From a bacterium (GTDB taxonomy: Bacteria > Patescibacteriota > CPR2 > UBA1875 > JAJYID01), in assembly GCA_030647205.1 (NCBI GenBank), contig JAUSJO010000008.1, forward strand, positions 28,770 to 92,769: a stretch of 64,000 nt of DNA. Direction: 5' to 3'. Shown here piece by piece: positions 47,195-57,535 of the stretch (positions are counted from its first letter, which is position 1; each line of letters starts with the position of its first letter). Under the pieces are notes generated by a model. That model was not told the DNA's origin. It was given only the letters and a program-made list of their open reading frames with translations, and did not search any database. Made by a program: the position numbers and the translations under genes.

Positions 47195-48166
47195 TTATAT
47201 ATCACTGAACGAAGGAGCGAAATGACCGATCATGCGGTAACCGTCCATGAAGTAGAGTGTGGAGTGACCAATGTTACCTCCAAGAAAATTCACACCTTCA
47301 GGTACGATAATGTTGATTGAGTCTGCGCCATATCGCGGTGTTGCGGGGAAGTCGGCTTTGGCTACAAAGAAGTCTCTCTGCTGTCGTGAGAACGGATAGG
47401 TATAGTGGTGAGTTACTTCTCCGCCATTTTTGCGGAAGCCTTCGAGCCAGTCACGGTATTCCCCTATGGAAGCGTGGACCAACCTGTCGGCAACTATCTT
47501 TTGCCCATCTTCGTTGATCACCTCAGAAGGCATTAGTGTCATATAAGCACTGATAGTTGTACCCATACGCCGGCTGAGCTCATTGGCTACGAAGGAGATA
47601 CCCTTCGAAACGAATCGATCCATCGGAGCTCCGATGTGTTGTTCCCGGATGTGTTCGTTGTACTCTAGGAGACCCCGAACGTTTCTACACTCATCTTGAA
47701 AACTCAGAGATCCCCAATGGATAAGATACTGGATTGTTCTGATATATTTAGGCTCCAGACCTTTTATTGACTCAGGGTTACGGAAAGACTCTGTGATAAC
47801 CCGACTTTCCTGATCGACTGCCTTGACAATCAAGTCACCGGTCGTGACTTCTGAAACGTAGCCGTTTGTGAAGCTGCTAATGGCAACTACACCATCAAGT
47901 GCGAAATGGGTTTGATTATGCATGTGGGATGAATGCCCTTTTTCGGCTTCCGGATGATCTTCCAGATATGCTTGTAGTTCCGCGATAGCTAGATCACGGA
48001 GTATGGAAGGATCCATATTCTCATAATCCACGGTATGGTCGATACGACCGAAGCGCCCTGTCTGATAGCTAGTGCTGGAAGCCGGCCTGCTCTTCGTAGC
48101 CGCGCTGGCGCCTCCAAGCAGGAGGATTAACAGGATGATAACTATCAATGGGTCCATTAGGGACAC
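47195..48166 (-). CDS. membrane-anchored hypothetical protein
   Basis: 323-aa ORF, AAAGGA RBS, N-terminal TM. Confidence 0.7.
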   Translation of the reverse strand: MSLMDPLIVIILLILLLGGASAATKSRPASSTSYQTGRFGRIDHTVDYENMDPSILRDLAIAELQAYLEDHPEAEKGHSSHMHNQTHFALDGVVAISSFTNGYVSEVTTGDLIVKAVDQESRVITESFRNPESIKGLEPKYIRTIQYLIHWGSLSFQDECRNVRGLLEYNEHIREQHIGAPMDRFVSKGISFVANELSRRMGTTISAYMTLMPSEVINEDGQKIVADRLVHASIGEYRDWLEGFRKNGGEVTHHYTYPFSRQQRDFFVAKADFPATPRYGADSINIIVPEGVNFLGGNIGHSTLYFMDGYRMIGHFAPSFSDI

Positions 48167-48375
48167 ATCCTTTCTGTTTGTTTGATTTATTTTAGTTAAA
48201 AAGGGGCTCCAATGCTTTTATGTTATTATGCATGGGATTGGTACATCATAACATAAAGACTATAAAATGTCAATGAGGATATCGTTGTAGATGAGAAGGG
48301 GGAAGAGTGTAAATAAAGCACTTGACTTTGTTAGTGTATTTGATACAATATCATTAACAACTATAAGGAGGAGTG

Positions 48376-49356
48376 ATGAACATTGATACGAAGGCCCGCG
48401 CCGTTGGATGCATGATAGGAGCTGCCTATGGTGATGCTCTTGGCGCTCCAGTCGAGTTTATGAGCTATGAGGAGATAGTTGCCAAGCATGGTGCCGAAGG
48501 TATAGATGTGCCGGATGTACGCTGGGAAGGTCTGCCGCCTGGGATTATCACTGATGATACTCAGATGGCTATGGCGACCGCAAACGGTATACTCGACTCT
48601 CCCGGTCAAGGAGACGTACTTGAGAATATCTTCAAAAGGTATCTCGAGTGGAGAGAGTATATCAGGCACAATCGAAGAGGTGCCGGCAAAACCTGCAGGG
48701 AGTCACTTGACTCCGGTGTCATGGGAACGATCGAAAAACCGCTGAACGAAGGCAAAGGATGCGGTGGAGTGATGAGAGCCCACCCTGTTGGTATCGCCTT
48801 TCGGGAAAGTCCGGAAAGGGCTTTTGAGATCGGTATGCGTTCCGGAGCGATCACCCACGGTACACCCGAGGCGTATGTGCCATCAGGAGTCATCGCGAGT
48901 ATCGTCTCGCATATCTTCTTCGGAGCGACTCTTGAAGGGGCAGCGAAAATGGCTCTCGTTCAAGCCGAAAACCTGGGCGAGGAAAAAAGCCGGGAAACAG
49001 TCAATTTCCTGAAAATGGCTCTCGATGCAGCAACCGATCAAGCGGTTCAGACTATTCACGATAAGCTGTCTGTGCCTAACGCAACAATGAAAGGCGGCGG
49101 TTGGCTCGGATATGACGCTCTGGCCATCGGCTTATATGCCGCGAGGGTCAGCCTGGATGATCCGGTCAAAGCTGTAAAAATCGCAGTTAACCACAGTGGT
49201 GACAGCGACTCTACGGGCGACATCACCGGCGCAATGATGGGCGCAATCTTTGGTCCGGAGCCATTCCTTAAAGAACTGGACAAGACCGGGATAGCTCTCG
49301 AGCACAGAGAAGAGCTCATTTCCATGGGTGAACGTCTTGCTATCTGGCAACCGTAA
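48376..49356 (+). CDS. ADP-ribosylglycohydrolase family protein
   Basis: GDALG, TDDTQM, GCGGVMR, THG, GDSDSTG. Confidence 0.93.
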   Translation: MNIDTKARAVGCMIGAAYGDALGAPVEFMSYEEIVAKHGAEGIDVPDVRWEGLPPGIITDDTQMAMATANGILDSPGQGDVLENIFKRYLEWREYIRHNRRGAGKTCRESLDSGVMGTIEKPLNEGKGCGGVMRAHPVGIAFRESPERAFEIGMRSGAITHGTPEAYVPSGVIASIVSHIFFGATLEGAAKMALVQAENLGEEKSRETVNFLKMALDAATDQAVQTIHDKLSVPNATMKGGGWLGYDALAIGLYAARVSLDDPVKAVKIAVNHSGDSDSTGDITGAMMGAIFGPEPFLKELDKTGIALEHREELISMGERLAIWQP

Positions 49357-49364
49357 GCCAAACT

Positions 49365-49397
49365 ACTCCCCCACGTAACATAAGTGGGGGAGTTTTC
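49365..49397 (+). terminator. intrinsic terminator
   Basis: actcccccac...gtgggggagtttt. Confidence 0.8.
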
Positions 49398-49464
49398 TAT
49401 TTAGTCTAAAATCTTGATAGAACAGCAAAATGAGGTATACTAAAGCTATAATAAGGAGTTTGTT

Positions 49465-49734
49465 ATGTCAGGAGAAAACTTTACTTTAGAAGAAGCGAAA
49501 GAAATGGGCGAAAGCCTAGGAATAGAGTGGGACATGTTTGACGTTGAGCAGTTTCAAATGGGTATGAATGTAGAGCTTGAACATGGAACGATGCACAGGG
49601 TATCAAATATTACTAATGACAATCCTGAGATGACCGCAAAGATTGCACTTGCCCACCTAAATGAAATCCGCGACTACTATACTCGTCTTGAAGCTATGGA
49701 AAAAGAAGGCGAAGCATTCTGGGAAGGGAAATAG
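49465..49734 (+). CDS. DUF5661-like protein
   Basis: EQF.MGMNVELEHG, TAKIALAHLNE..DYYTRL..ME. Confidence 0.75.
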   Translation: MSGENFTLEEAKEMGESLGIEWDMFDVEQFQMGMNVELEHGTMHRVSNITNDNPEMTAKIALAHLNEIRDYYTRLEAMEKEGEAFWEGK

Positions 49735-49738
49735 TTCT

Positions 49739-50500
49739 ATGAAAATAACACTTCTTGGGACTGGTTCATTTGTTTCGGATCTTGAACATATGGGGCCGGG
49801 GTATCTCTTGGAAACGGACGATAAAAAAATTCTGGTTGATACAGGTTGTGGGGTCCAGATACAGCTCATTAAACTGGGTATAAACATTTATGACCTTGAT
49901 TATATATTTATCACTCACTTTCATCCCGATCACACAGTGGAACTCTACTCTATGTTGGTCAGAAGGTATATGCTCTCTGCTTTTTATGGAAAGGATCCAA
50001 GGCCTCTATATGTTTACGGCCCAAAAGGGATAGCTGAGTTTATAAAAGGAATCGCAAAAATACATCAACTGGATCTAGTTCCTCAATTTAAAGAAATATA
50101 TTTTGAAGAGCTGGTTGATAAAATGAAAGAGCTGGACAACTTTAGTGTAGAAGCGTTTGCGGTTGATCATTTAAACTCCGACGCGGTTTCGTACAGGTTT
50201 CAGGCGGAAGGCAAAAAAGTTGTTTTTTCCGGAGATACTAAGCTTTGCGAAGGGATTCAAAAAGCGATACAGGATGTCGACCTCTTCATTACTGACTGTT
50301 CCGCCCCAAAAGATAATCCTATCGAACCGCATCTTTTGACAACTGAGATAGGTGAAATTTCTAAAAAAGCAAATGTAAAAAAAGTAGTTTTATCACATTT
50401 ACTCCCTCTGGGCTACGACACAGACCTGGTCTCTGAAGTGAAAGAAAAGTTTGATGGTGAGGTAGTTTTAGGTAAAGATTTGATGGAACTAGAGGTCTAG
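49739..50500 (+). CDS. MBL-fold hydrolase (RNase Z-like)
   Basis: ITLLGTG, THFHPDH, FSGDT, VVLSHL. Confidence 0.88.
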   Translation: MKITLLGTGSFVSDLEHMGPGYLLETDDKKILVDTGCGVQIQLIKLGINIYDLDYIFITHFHPDHTVELYSMLVRRYMLSAFYGKDPRPLYVYGPKGIAEFIKGIAKIHQLDLVPQFKEIYFEELVDKMKELDNFSVEAFAVDHLNSDAVSYRFQAEGKKVVFSGDTKLCEGIQKAIQDVDLFITDCSAPKDNPIEPHLLTTEIGEISKKANVKKVVLSHLLPLGYDTDLVSEVKEKFDGEVVLGKDLMELEV

Positions 50501-50862
50501 TGAAAATCTGGAATTTGAGAATTAGGAAAGAAGATAAAGGAATTTTTGACCGGATTAAGTCCGGTGAGAAAACCATAGAAACACGGCCGCTAAATGCTCC
50601 GGATTCAAAGAAAGACTATTCACAGATAGCATCTGGCGATAAACTTATATTTTCTTGTGACGGTGAAAAGTTGTATAAAAATGTCGAGGCAGTAAGGATC
50701 TATAAAGATTTTGAACAATATTTAGATACGGAAGATTTGGAAAATATTTTAGGGAAGGGAATGACCAAGGAAGTTGCCAGAGATATCCATTACGGTTTCC
50801 CAGGATGCAAAGAACGGCTTGAAAAGTATGGTATTATAGCTATGGATATGGAGCAAAAATGA
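50500..50862 (+). CDS. ASCH/PUA-like domain protein
   Basis: FDRIKSGEKTIETR, GDKLIF, EKYGIIA. Confidence 0.82.
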   Translation: MKIWNLRIRKEDKGIFDRIKSGEKTIETRPLNAPDSKKDYSQIASGDKLIFSCDGEKLYKNVEAVRIYKDFEQYLDTEDLENILGKGMTKEVARDIHYGFPGCKERLEKYGIIAMDMEQK

Positions 50863-52127
50863 ACGAAGGTGGCAAATATAACCCGGCAGAAGGCTCAGAC
50901 GTATCTGGGCACAATGATATAGATGAAAACAATGAACTCGCCGATGAAAAGATTGAGAGAAGTTTTCTTGTTTCAGGGTTGCCGGAAAAGTTAGAAAATT
51001 ACGATTACTATGAGGTGGAGGAGACTTCATCTTCGGGAAAACCTAGGAAAATTTACAGAGGAGATAGTTTGGGGAAGGGGGATTATGTTAAAGTCAGCGG
51101 AATATATGTCAGGAAAGACTATCTAGAGCAGCCGTCTCATATCCCTAACAAAAAAGCGATCAGGGATAGATATGAAATACCATATGAAGATCCAAATCTG
51201 GGAGAAATAACCATTCATTTAGATATTTTCAAAGAACCTCTCAATAACAAGGGTGCCGTAATGGCTAATGTTGACTTTGCTAGCGAAGAAGACGCCAAGG
51301 CCTTCACACCGCCAGACTGGTTTACAGAGGAAACAACAGAAGAGATGGCAGAGGATATGAAGAAAGGGGTATCTATATTTTCGGGGACACTTATTCCTCA
51401 AAGAGCTATTCTTGGTGAGGCGCTAGGCAGGTTAAAACAGTCTGATTTTTATACAAAATCGGCTAAAACACAAGCCGATATCAAAAACAAGGACTTTGAT
51501 TGGGGGCAAGAAGATCAAAGAGTTAGGGATTTTAGAGACCAGGTAGAGGCCGAGAAATCTTTGATGGAGAAGAAGGATGGGTTAAGCTTTGATGAGCTCA
51601 AGAGAGGTGATGTTTTTATCTTTGAGACAGTTAGAGATATAAAGTTTGAGGCGGAAAAATATCTTGATAGGTTAGAGCAAAGAATCAATAATCTGCAAGA
51701 AGGTGATCCTGCAAGAAGGAAAATGACAGAACTGCTCAACCGAGGCAGGGTCTTGCTTGAATATGCCGATCTTAAACCGGTTGGCGATGGGGAGAGGCAG
51801 CATGATTTTGATACATTAAGAGATGCCATCAGTGAATACCCAGACTTTTTCGAGGCCCAAGATGTTAGCGGTAGATATAGAGTTGAGGTTACGGGGAAAA
51901 GGAAGCTGCGTGTCAGGGGAGGAGAAAAAGAAGACTGTTTACTAGTAAAAATGGACAGCGATAGTCGGGGAGAAGATGGTCTCACGGCTAGAATCGCAAA
52001 AAAAGACTTTAGTCTGGAGAACTTATCCGAGAGTTTGGGTAGGATTTACTTCGAGAATGTTAAACGGGGTGGAGAACCGCATGCGGGCGGGATGTCGATA
52101 CCGAGAATTGGCAGAGTATATAAGTAG
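50859..52127 (+). CDS. degenerate CYTH-like N-terminus fused to an unknown domain
   Basis: KIERSFLV, LDIF, VDFASEEDAKAFTPPDWF. Confidence 0.6.
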   Translation: MNEGGKYNPAEGSDVSGHNDIDENNELADEKIERSFLVSGLPEKLENYDYYEVEETSSSGKPRKIYRGDSLGKGDYVKVSGIYVRKDYLEQPSHIPNKKAIRDRYEIPYEDPNLGEITIHLDIFKEPLNNKGAVMANVDFASEEDAKAFTPPDWFTEETTEEMAEDMKKGVSIFSGTLIPQRAILGEALGRLKQSDFYTKSAKTQADIKNKDFDWGQEDQRVRDFRDQVEAEKSLMEKKDGLSFDELKRGDVFIFETVRDIKFEAEKYLDRLEQRINNLQEGDPARRKMTELLNRGRVLLEYADLKPVGDGERQHDFDTLRDAISEYPDFFEAQDVSGRYRVEVTGKRKLRVRGGEKEDCLLVKMDSDSRGEDGLTARIAKKDFSLENLSESLGRIYFENVKRGGEPHAGGMSIPRIGRVYK

Positions 52128-52308
52128 AACTTATATTGCATTGCCTGAAGTATTGACAAAATCAATTTATTTGGTATAATTGATTAGTTTTAAACTGCTT
52201 ATTTTTAAGTCAGGTTTTATGCCCTTTTAAAAGTGAAAAGGAGGAATCATCTACTAGCTAGCCAAAGTTTTCTTTATTGTCAATCCAACAAAAGATTGGA
52301 GCCCAAAA

Positions 52309-53562
52309 GTGGTAAGAGCAAACTTAAAAAAGCCCTCTGTAGTAGAAATGAAAGAAGTGATTGCGATTTCGGAGAAGATGAGGAGGATAGAAGCTGATCT
52401 GAATGATATTTTCCCTGAAAGGGAATTTCTCATCCGTCAGATTATCATGGCTCTTTTAACCAAAGAGCACATCATGGTGTACGGTGAGTACGGTACTGCC
52501 AAGTCAGACCTTACCCGTACGCTTTTTGAAACCATCACCGATGGCGAAGTGTTTTCTATTGCTCTCACCAAGTTCATGGCGGAGTCATCGTTCATCGGCA
52601 TTCCGAATCCGAAAATCATGGCCGAGGAAGGCCGTCTTGAGTACGATGTCAACTCCGGAATACTGGTAGCGGACTTCGTCGAGCTGGACGAGTTCCTGGA
52701 TGCATCTGATCCCACGCAAAGGACGTTCCTTGGGATCCTCAATGAGCGCGTTTTTAAACGCGGAAGACAAACGGAACTTGCAAGACTGCATACCGCAGTG
52801 GCATCAACAAACGGTAATCCGCGGGAGGCCCTTGCGAATAAGGATGATCTGGGCGCGGTGCTCGATCGCTTTTTGTACTGGTCACACGTCGGTTACTTAA
52901 AGGAACCGGAAAGCCGCCTGAAGATGTATGCAAAGTACCTCTCTGGCTCCAAGCCGGCAGAGACGGTATCTCTGGCAGAACTGCAGAAGATATCAAAAGT
53001 CGTAGTGAATCCGTGTCAGATAACCGACCCAGAGATTATCGAGGTTTATGATATGGTGATCGAGGCAGTGGCTGAGCACTCCCTGGATGGCAAAGTCAGC
53101 GACCGGAGAAAGTGTAAACTCACGACTCTCTTGGAAGCCAACGCAATATATCATGGCAGGTATGAAGTGTACCTCGATGACATTGCGGCTGTCCGCTACG
53201 GCATCCTCGACAACAGCGATCCTGATAAAGTGGCTCATGTGGATGAGATCATCGCGAACATCATCGAAACCTACAAAGTAGAGAGGGCAAAGTCCAACCC
53301 GGACGATGCCTACCTCGACCTGCTGGGCAAGTACGATGAAGAGGTTCAGGCAGTTTTAAACAACGGTTTCGATCAGATGCCGTTTGATGAGCTGTCAAAT
53401 GTCGTTGCAGATCTTCAGGAGATAAGGTCCAAGGTTGAAAACATAACCCCGGGCCTGCCGAAAGTCCAGGAAAAGAGGATGCAGATCCTAAGCGACGTCG
53501 ATGCTCTGGTTGAGCGCGCAATCGCGAGGTTTACCCAAAGCAACCAGCGTGTAACTATCTAG
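52309..53562 (+). CDS. MoxR/RavA-like AAA+ ATPase
   Basis: EH..VYGEYGTAKS, LDEF, LNER.F, AVLDRF, VSDRR. Confidence 0.85.
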   Translation: MVRANLKKPSVVEMKEVIAISEKMRRIEADLNDIFPEREFLIRQIIMALLTKEHIMVYGEYGTAKSDLTRTLFETITDGEVFSIALTKFMAESSFIGIPNPKIMAEEGRLEYDVNSGILVADFVELDEFLDASDPTQRTFLGILNERVFKRGRQTELARLHTAVASTNGNPREALANKDDLGAVLDRFLYWSHVGYLKEPESRLKMYAKYLSGSKPAETVSLAELQKISKVVVNPCQITDPEIIEVYDMVIEAVAEHSLDGKVSDRRKCKLTTLLEANAIYHGRYEVYLDDIAAVRYGILDNSDPDKVAHVDEIIANIIETYKVERAKSNPDDAYLDLLGKYDEEVQAVLNNGFDQMPFDELSNVVADLQEIRSKVENITPGLPKVQEKRMQILSDVDALVERAIARFTQSNQRVTI

Positions 53563-53577
53563 GGAAAAAGGAGAGTC

Positions 53578-54726
53578 ATGGATTACATAATACCGATAGT
53601 GGCTCTCGCTCTCCTTATGCTACTGCTACTACTTCTTATTAAGTATTTTTTGCGTAAACGCCGACAGGCTGAAATGCAAAGATACCTTGAGGAGTTGGAA
53701 GCTGCAGAGTCATCAGGATCCTCACAGTCTTTAAGTTCCGGTGAATCAACAGGACAAGGCGAGGGAGATTCTGAGGCGGCGGATGAGAGCAAGGAGGCAG
53801 AGGAAAGAGAAGCTCTGAGGCAGATGCTGCTCACACAAGCGGCCAGGAAAAAGAAGGAGCTTGCTGAGAAGATGGTGGGTGTTAAGCAGATCATAGCTAA
53901 AAACAACGCACTCTCGCAAGTTCTTTGTCAAAAAGCCGGAATGTCGCACATGTCGCTTCAGCAAATGAACGACGAAGAGACAGTCAGACAGATCGCGAAG
54001 CGAATGAAGAAAGCAGACATTGAGGTATTTAAACTGGCAGCGTCTCAGCAGGATATTCAGTTTAATCTGAAGTCCGAAACGACGAGAGAGCCAGTGCCAT
54101 ATCCGACTAACGATATGGAGCCCACACCGATGTCTGACTTCGATCAGATGCCGCAGATCATGGAGACCCAGAAGTATGAGCTCGGAGAGCAGTATTATTC
54201 CGAGTTGGCACAGCAAAGGGTGCTCGTCATGCAGTCCTACGAAAGTAAGACCCAAAGGAAGCTCCTATATATACTTATGGATGTTTCCGGATCGATGGCG
54301 GACGACATGAATAATGGGTTCCCAAGACATGTATGGGCTCGGGGTATCGCGCTAAATCTCATGCTCGAAGCACTTGAGGGTAAGGCTAAATACTTCTATC
54401 GGCCATTTGACGGTGAAACACATCGTCTGATGCAGGTGGAAAATCGTGATGAGGCGAGAAACGCGATAGCTGCCGTGGAGAGCACTGGTTTCTCCGGTGG
54501 CGGGACTGATATACCGAATGCTATAGCTCGTGCATGTAAGGATATCAGAACCAAGGGCGGAGATATCGGCAAAGCCGACATTCTTCTCATAACCGACGGG
54601 AGGTCCGATATGAACCCCGCGGAAATGAAAAACACCTTAGGAGATATCAAACTTCACACTATAGTGCTCGGCCTTTCTTCCGAGGAGCTCAAGGAGATAT
54701 CCTCAACTTATAAGCAAATAAGCTAG
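53578..54726 (+). CDS. VWA (ViaA-like) protein with N-terminal TM
   Basis: MIDAS DVSGSM, GGGTD, ITDG. Confidence 0.85.
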   Translation: MDYIIPIVALALLMLLLLLLIKYFLRKRRQAEMQRYLEELEAAESSGSSQSLSSGESTGQGEGDSEAADESKEAEEREALRQMLLTQAARKKKELAEKMVGVKQIIAKNNALSQVLCQKAGMSHMSLQQMNDEETVRQIAKRMKKADIEVFKLAASQQDIQFNLKSETTREPVPYPTNDMEPTPMSDFDQMPQIMETQKYELGEQYYSELAQQRVLVMQSYESKTQRKLLYILMDVSGSMADDMNNGFPRHVWARGIALNLMLEALEGKAKYFYRPFDGETHRLMQVENRDEARNAIAAVESTGFSGGGTDIPNAIARACKDIRTKGGDIGKADILLITDGRSDMNPAEMKNTLGDIKLHTIVLGLSSEELKEISSTYKQIS

Positions 54727-54737
54727 GATGTCCCACA

Positions 54738-54789
54738 AGGGGCGCTTTGAACGGACTTAATTGTCCGAACAAAGCGCCCTTTTTCTTTT
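54738..54789. terminator. long hairpin terminator
   Basis: gggcgctttg..cggac-ttaatt-gtccg..caaagcgccc followed by T run. Confidence 0.8.
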
Positions 54790-54829
54790 GTCTAAAGAAA
54801 AAGCAATAATTTTTTCTCAAACAGTTTGC

Positions 54830-55351
54830 TTAGGATTTTTCTAAAATAAGGTCGCTATAGGATAACTCAACCAGGTCTTTTTCCGGAATTCCAAATAGTT
54901 TCATATATTTTTGGCACTGATCATACAGAACTTCTTTGCTTATCTTGCCCGTATCGTCAACTGCCTCAATCTCAATGAAAGTGCCTAAATCGCGAACCGT
55001 ATCTATATGAAATCTCACGTTATCTATAGAGTAAATTTCTCTTTGTTTATCTACAACTGTTAGAACTTCGAGCGCCTTTTCTAGGATTTCTTTTATTGAA
55101 GCCGCATCCTTGACTTGGGTTCGGGTGATATTTGACTGTTTCGGACCGCATTTGTTTTCTCTGGTATAGTAGATCAGATGATTCTTATTATCTACTTCCC
55201 GTAATTTGAGACGACCATCACTCACCTTGAAGTAAGTGTCGACTTGGTGGTCAGTACCTAAAAAGTCGGCTTTTTTTGAATTTAAAATTTTACGAACACG
55301 ATCATGGTTTTTTGAGAGTGCTTTAATCTCAATATTGATATGTTTTTTCAT
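54830..55351 (-). CDS. cyaB: class IV adenylate cyclase-like CYTH protein
   Basis: NIEIKA, QVDTYF, RLKLR, VDKQRE, LGTFIEIE, SYSDL. Confidence 0.85.
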   Translation of the reverse strand: MKKHINIEIKALSKNHDRVRKILNSKKADFLGTDHQVDTYFKVSDGRLKLREVDNKNHLIYYTRENKCGPKQSNITRTQVKDAASIKEILEKALEVLTVVDKQREIYSIDNVRFHIDTVRDLGTFIEIEAVDDTGKISKEVLYDQCQKYMKLFGIPEKDLVELSYSDLILEKS

Positions 55352-56418
55352 TATTCTAGGTTTTCTAATGCTTTTTCTTGTGAGGCTTTTTGAAGTGCGG
55401 AGATAATATCATCCAGTTTACCGTTTAATATTTCCGGTAAGTTATGGGAAGAGAAGTTTATTCTATGATCAGTAACTCTGTCTTGAGGGAAGTTATAAGT
55501 GCGGATTTTTTCGCTCCTATCTCCCGAACCGATTTGTGACTTACGAAGGTCACTTCTTTTTTTAGATTCTTCCTCAAGTTTTATTGCGAGTAGTCTGGAT
55601 CTTAAAACAGACATCGCTTTTTCTTTATTCTTCAACTGCGACTTGCCATCTTGGCAGGAAACTATCATGCCTGTAGGTATGTAAGTGATGCGAACGGCAG
55701 AGTCGGTAGTGTTCACGCTTTGTCCGCCTGGACCTGATGAGCGAAATACATCCACTTTTATGTCAGCGGGAGAGATCTCAATATCTACTTCTTCTGCTTC
55801 CGGCATTACAGCGACTGTTGCGGCTGAGGTGTGTATGCGTCCTTGTGACTCTGTTTCAGGAACACGCTGAACTCTATGAACTCCGCTCTCGAACTTCAAA
55901 TATTTGTAAACATCTTCGCCCTCAATACGCGCTACCATTTCCTTGATGCCCTCAATCCCCGTAATATTCGAGGTCATAACAGACACTTTCCAGTTCATCT
56001 TTTCCGCATATCGTGAGTACATTCTGAAAAGATCTCCGGCAAAAAGAGCTGCTTCATCACCGCCTGTGCCGGCGCGGATTTCCAAAATTACATTTTTCTC
56101 GTCAGAAGGATCTGTCGGGGTCAGCATAGTTTGAAGCCTTTTTTCCGTTTCTATAATTTTGCCTTCAGTCTCTGCAATTTGCTCGGATAAAAACTCCTTC
56201 ATTGACTCATCGGTCTCTTTCTCCACCATATCTTTAGAGTTTGCGATATCGTCTTTGAGCCGCTGTAAATCCTCAAAAACCACGAGTAACCCCTTCAACT
56301 CTGTATGTCTTCTTGATAAAGTCTTTAATTTCTGGGCGTCAGAAGCTATATCGGGAGAGGCGAGTTCCTTCTCGATTTCTTCAAATTCTTTTTTAAACTG
56401 GTCGTATTTATCTAGCAT
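55351..56418 (-). CDS. prfA: peptide chain release factor 1
   Basis: [33 protein letters not shown]. Confidence 0.97.
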   Translation of the reverse strand: MLDKYDQFKKEFEEIEKELASPDIASDAQKLKTLSRRHTELKGLLVVFEDLQRLKDDIANSKDMVEKETDESMKEFLSEQIAETEGKIIETEKRLQTMLTPTDPSDEKNVILEIRAGTGGDEAALFAGDLFRMYSRYAEKMNWKVSVMTSNITGIEGIKEMVARIEGEDVYKYLKFESGVHRVQRVPETESQGRIHTSAATVAVMPEAEEVDIEISPADIKVDVFRSSGPGGQSVNTTDSAVRITYIPTGMIVSCQDGKSQLKNKEKAMSVLRSRLLAIKLEEESKKRSDLRKSQIGSGDRSEKIRTYNFPQDRVTDHRINFSSHNLPEILNGKLDDIISALQKASQEKALENLE

Positions 56419-56474
56419 AGATACAATTATAGCGCTTTTTGGCGTACCAAAATAGCGCTATACCTATAAATTAT

Positions 56475-56828
56475 TTATTTTTCGTCAGTTGTTTCGTTTT
56501 GATCCGGCTTAACATCAACTGTTTCTTCTTTTAGTTCTTCTTTAATTTCTTCCATTTTTTTGTCTAAGCTAAGAACTTCCTTAGGCTCGACTTTTTCTGT
56601 CTTTGGCTTTTTTGAATCCTTTAGTTTTTGTGCTGTTTCCATCCTTGCCTTAAACTTATCAACTCTTCCGGCTGTATCAACTAGTTTTTGTTTACCTGTG
56701 AAAAATGGGTGACAAGCAGAGCAAATTTCCACTGCCAAATCGCCAACGGTATTTTTTGTCTCAATGACATTCCCACAACCGCAGGTCACTTTTGCTTTTT
56801 TATATTCCGGATGTATATCTTTTTTCAT
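56475..56828 (-). CDS. rpmE: 50S ribosomal protein L31 with charged C-terminal extension
   Basis: [28 protein letters not shown]. Confidence 0.96.
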   Translation of the reverse strand: MKKDIHPEYKKAKVTCGCGNVIETKNTVGDLAVEICSACHPFFTGKQKLVDTAGRVDKFKARMETAQKLKDSKKPKTEKVEPKEVLSLDKKMEEIKEELKEETVDVKPDQNETTDEK

Positions 56829-56962
56829 AACAGAGATATTTTAGCAGAAAAAATCAAATGTATCAAGGGTTTTGATACAGCATAAAAGCATTGACATTTT
56901 GGATGAATATGATATAATACCGCAAGTACGTTGTAAATCAATTCTTTCTGGAGGGAGTCCTC

Positions 56963-57145
56963 ATGAAAATTATCCTCGGTTTTGCGATCATGGCGCTTGG
57001 AGGATACTTATGCACCTTAGCGATGGGTGACACGAGCAGTCCCATAAGTGTCCTTGGTCTTACCGAGTTTTTTGCTGGGATTATAGTTTTCTTCACGGGG
57101 CTCGGTATTGCAGTGGATGATTTTGTAAATCGGCTCCCCATCTAA
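56963..57145 (+). CDS. small two-TM protein
   Basis: TTGACA/TATAAT promoter at 56891-56918; GGAGG RBS. Confidence 0.65.
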   Translation: MKIILGFAIMALGGYLCTLAMGDTSSPISVLGLTEFFAGIIVFFTGLGIAVDDFVNRLPI

Positions 57146-57160
57146 CAGGAGGTTGTTCAG

Positions 57161-57370
57161 ATGACAAGACTAATCGGTGTTGTAATACTGATAGTTGGGC
57201 TGGTACTGTTTTACATGGCAGTTACCAATCCTACTCCGGCAGATGAAAGCCTGGTTGTCTCTGTTGAGGCAATATTAGCAGTAGCTTTCGTGGGCTGGGG
57301 AACTTACACCGGGTTTCGGAGTTTGCTCCATCGGATATCCGTCTATGCCGGGCTATCCAAAGACAACTAG
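57161..57370 (+). CDS. small two-TM protein
   Basis: AGGAGG RBS; terminator at 57401-57432. Confidence 0.65.
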   Translation: MTRLIGVVILIVGLVLFYMAVTNPTPADESLVVSVEAILAVAFVGWGTYTGFRSLLHRISVYAGLSKDN

Positions 57371-57451
57371 CTCCGACAACTTGATATACCGTACGCCTAG
57401 GCGGGCCATATGCAACATTTGGCCCGCTTTTTCTTTTATTAAGAGTTATGC

Positions 57452-57530
57452 TATAATCTTTTTATCTAAAAAAGCTTGAGTCGGGAGGGATCCCGGCTTG
57501 TTCGTTTACAAAATTGCTTGGAAAAGGAGG
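57452..57530 (+). promoter_or_regulatory. -10 box plus leader hairpin plus boxA-like motif, shared with 27100-27170
   Basis: tataat...tatctaaaaaa...agtcgggagggatcccggcttgttcgtttacaaa...aggagg. Confidence 0.75.
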
Positions 57531-57535
57531 ATATC

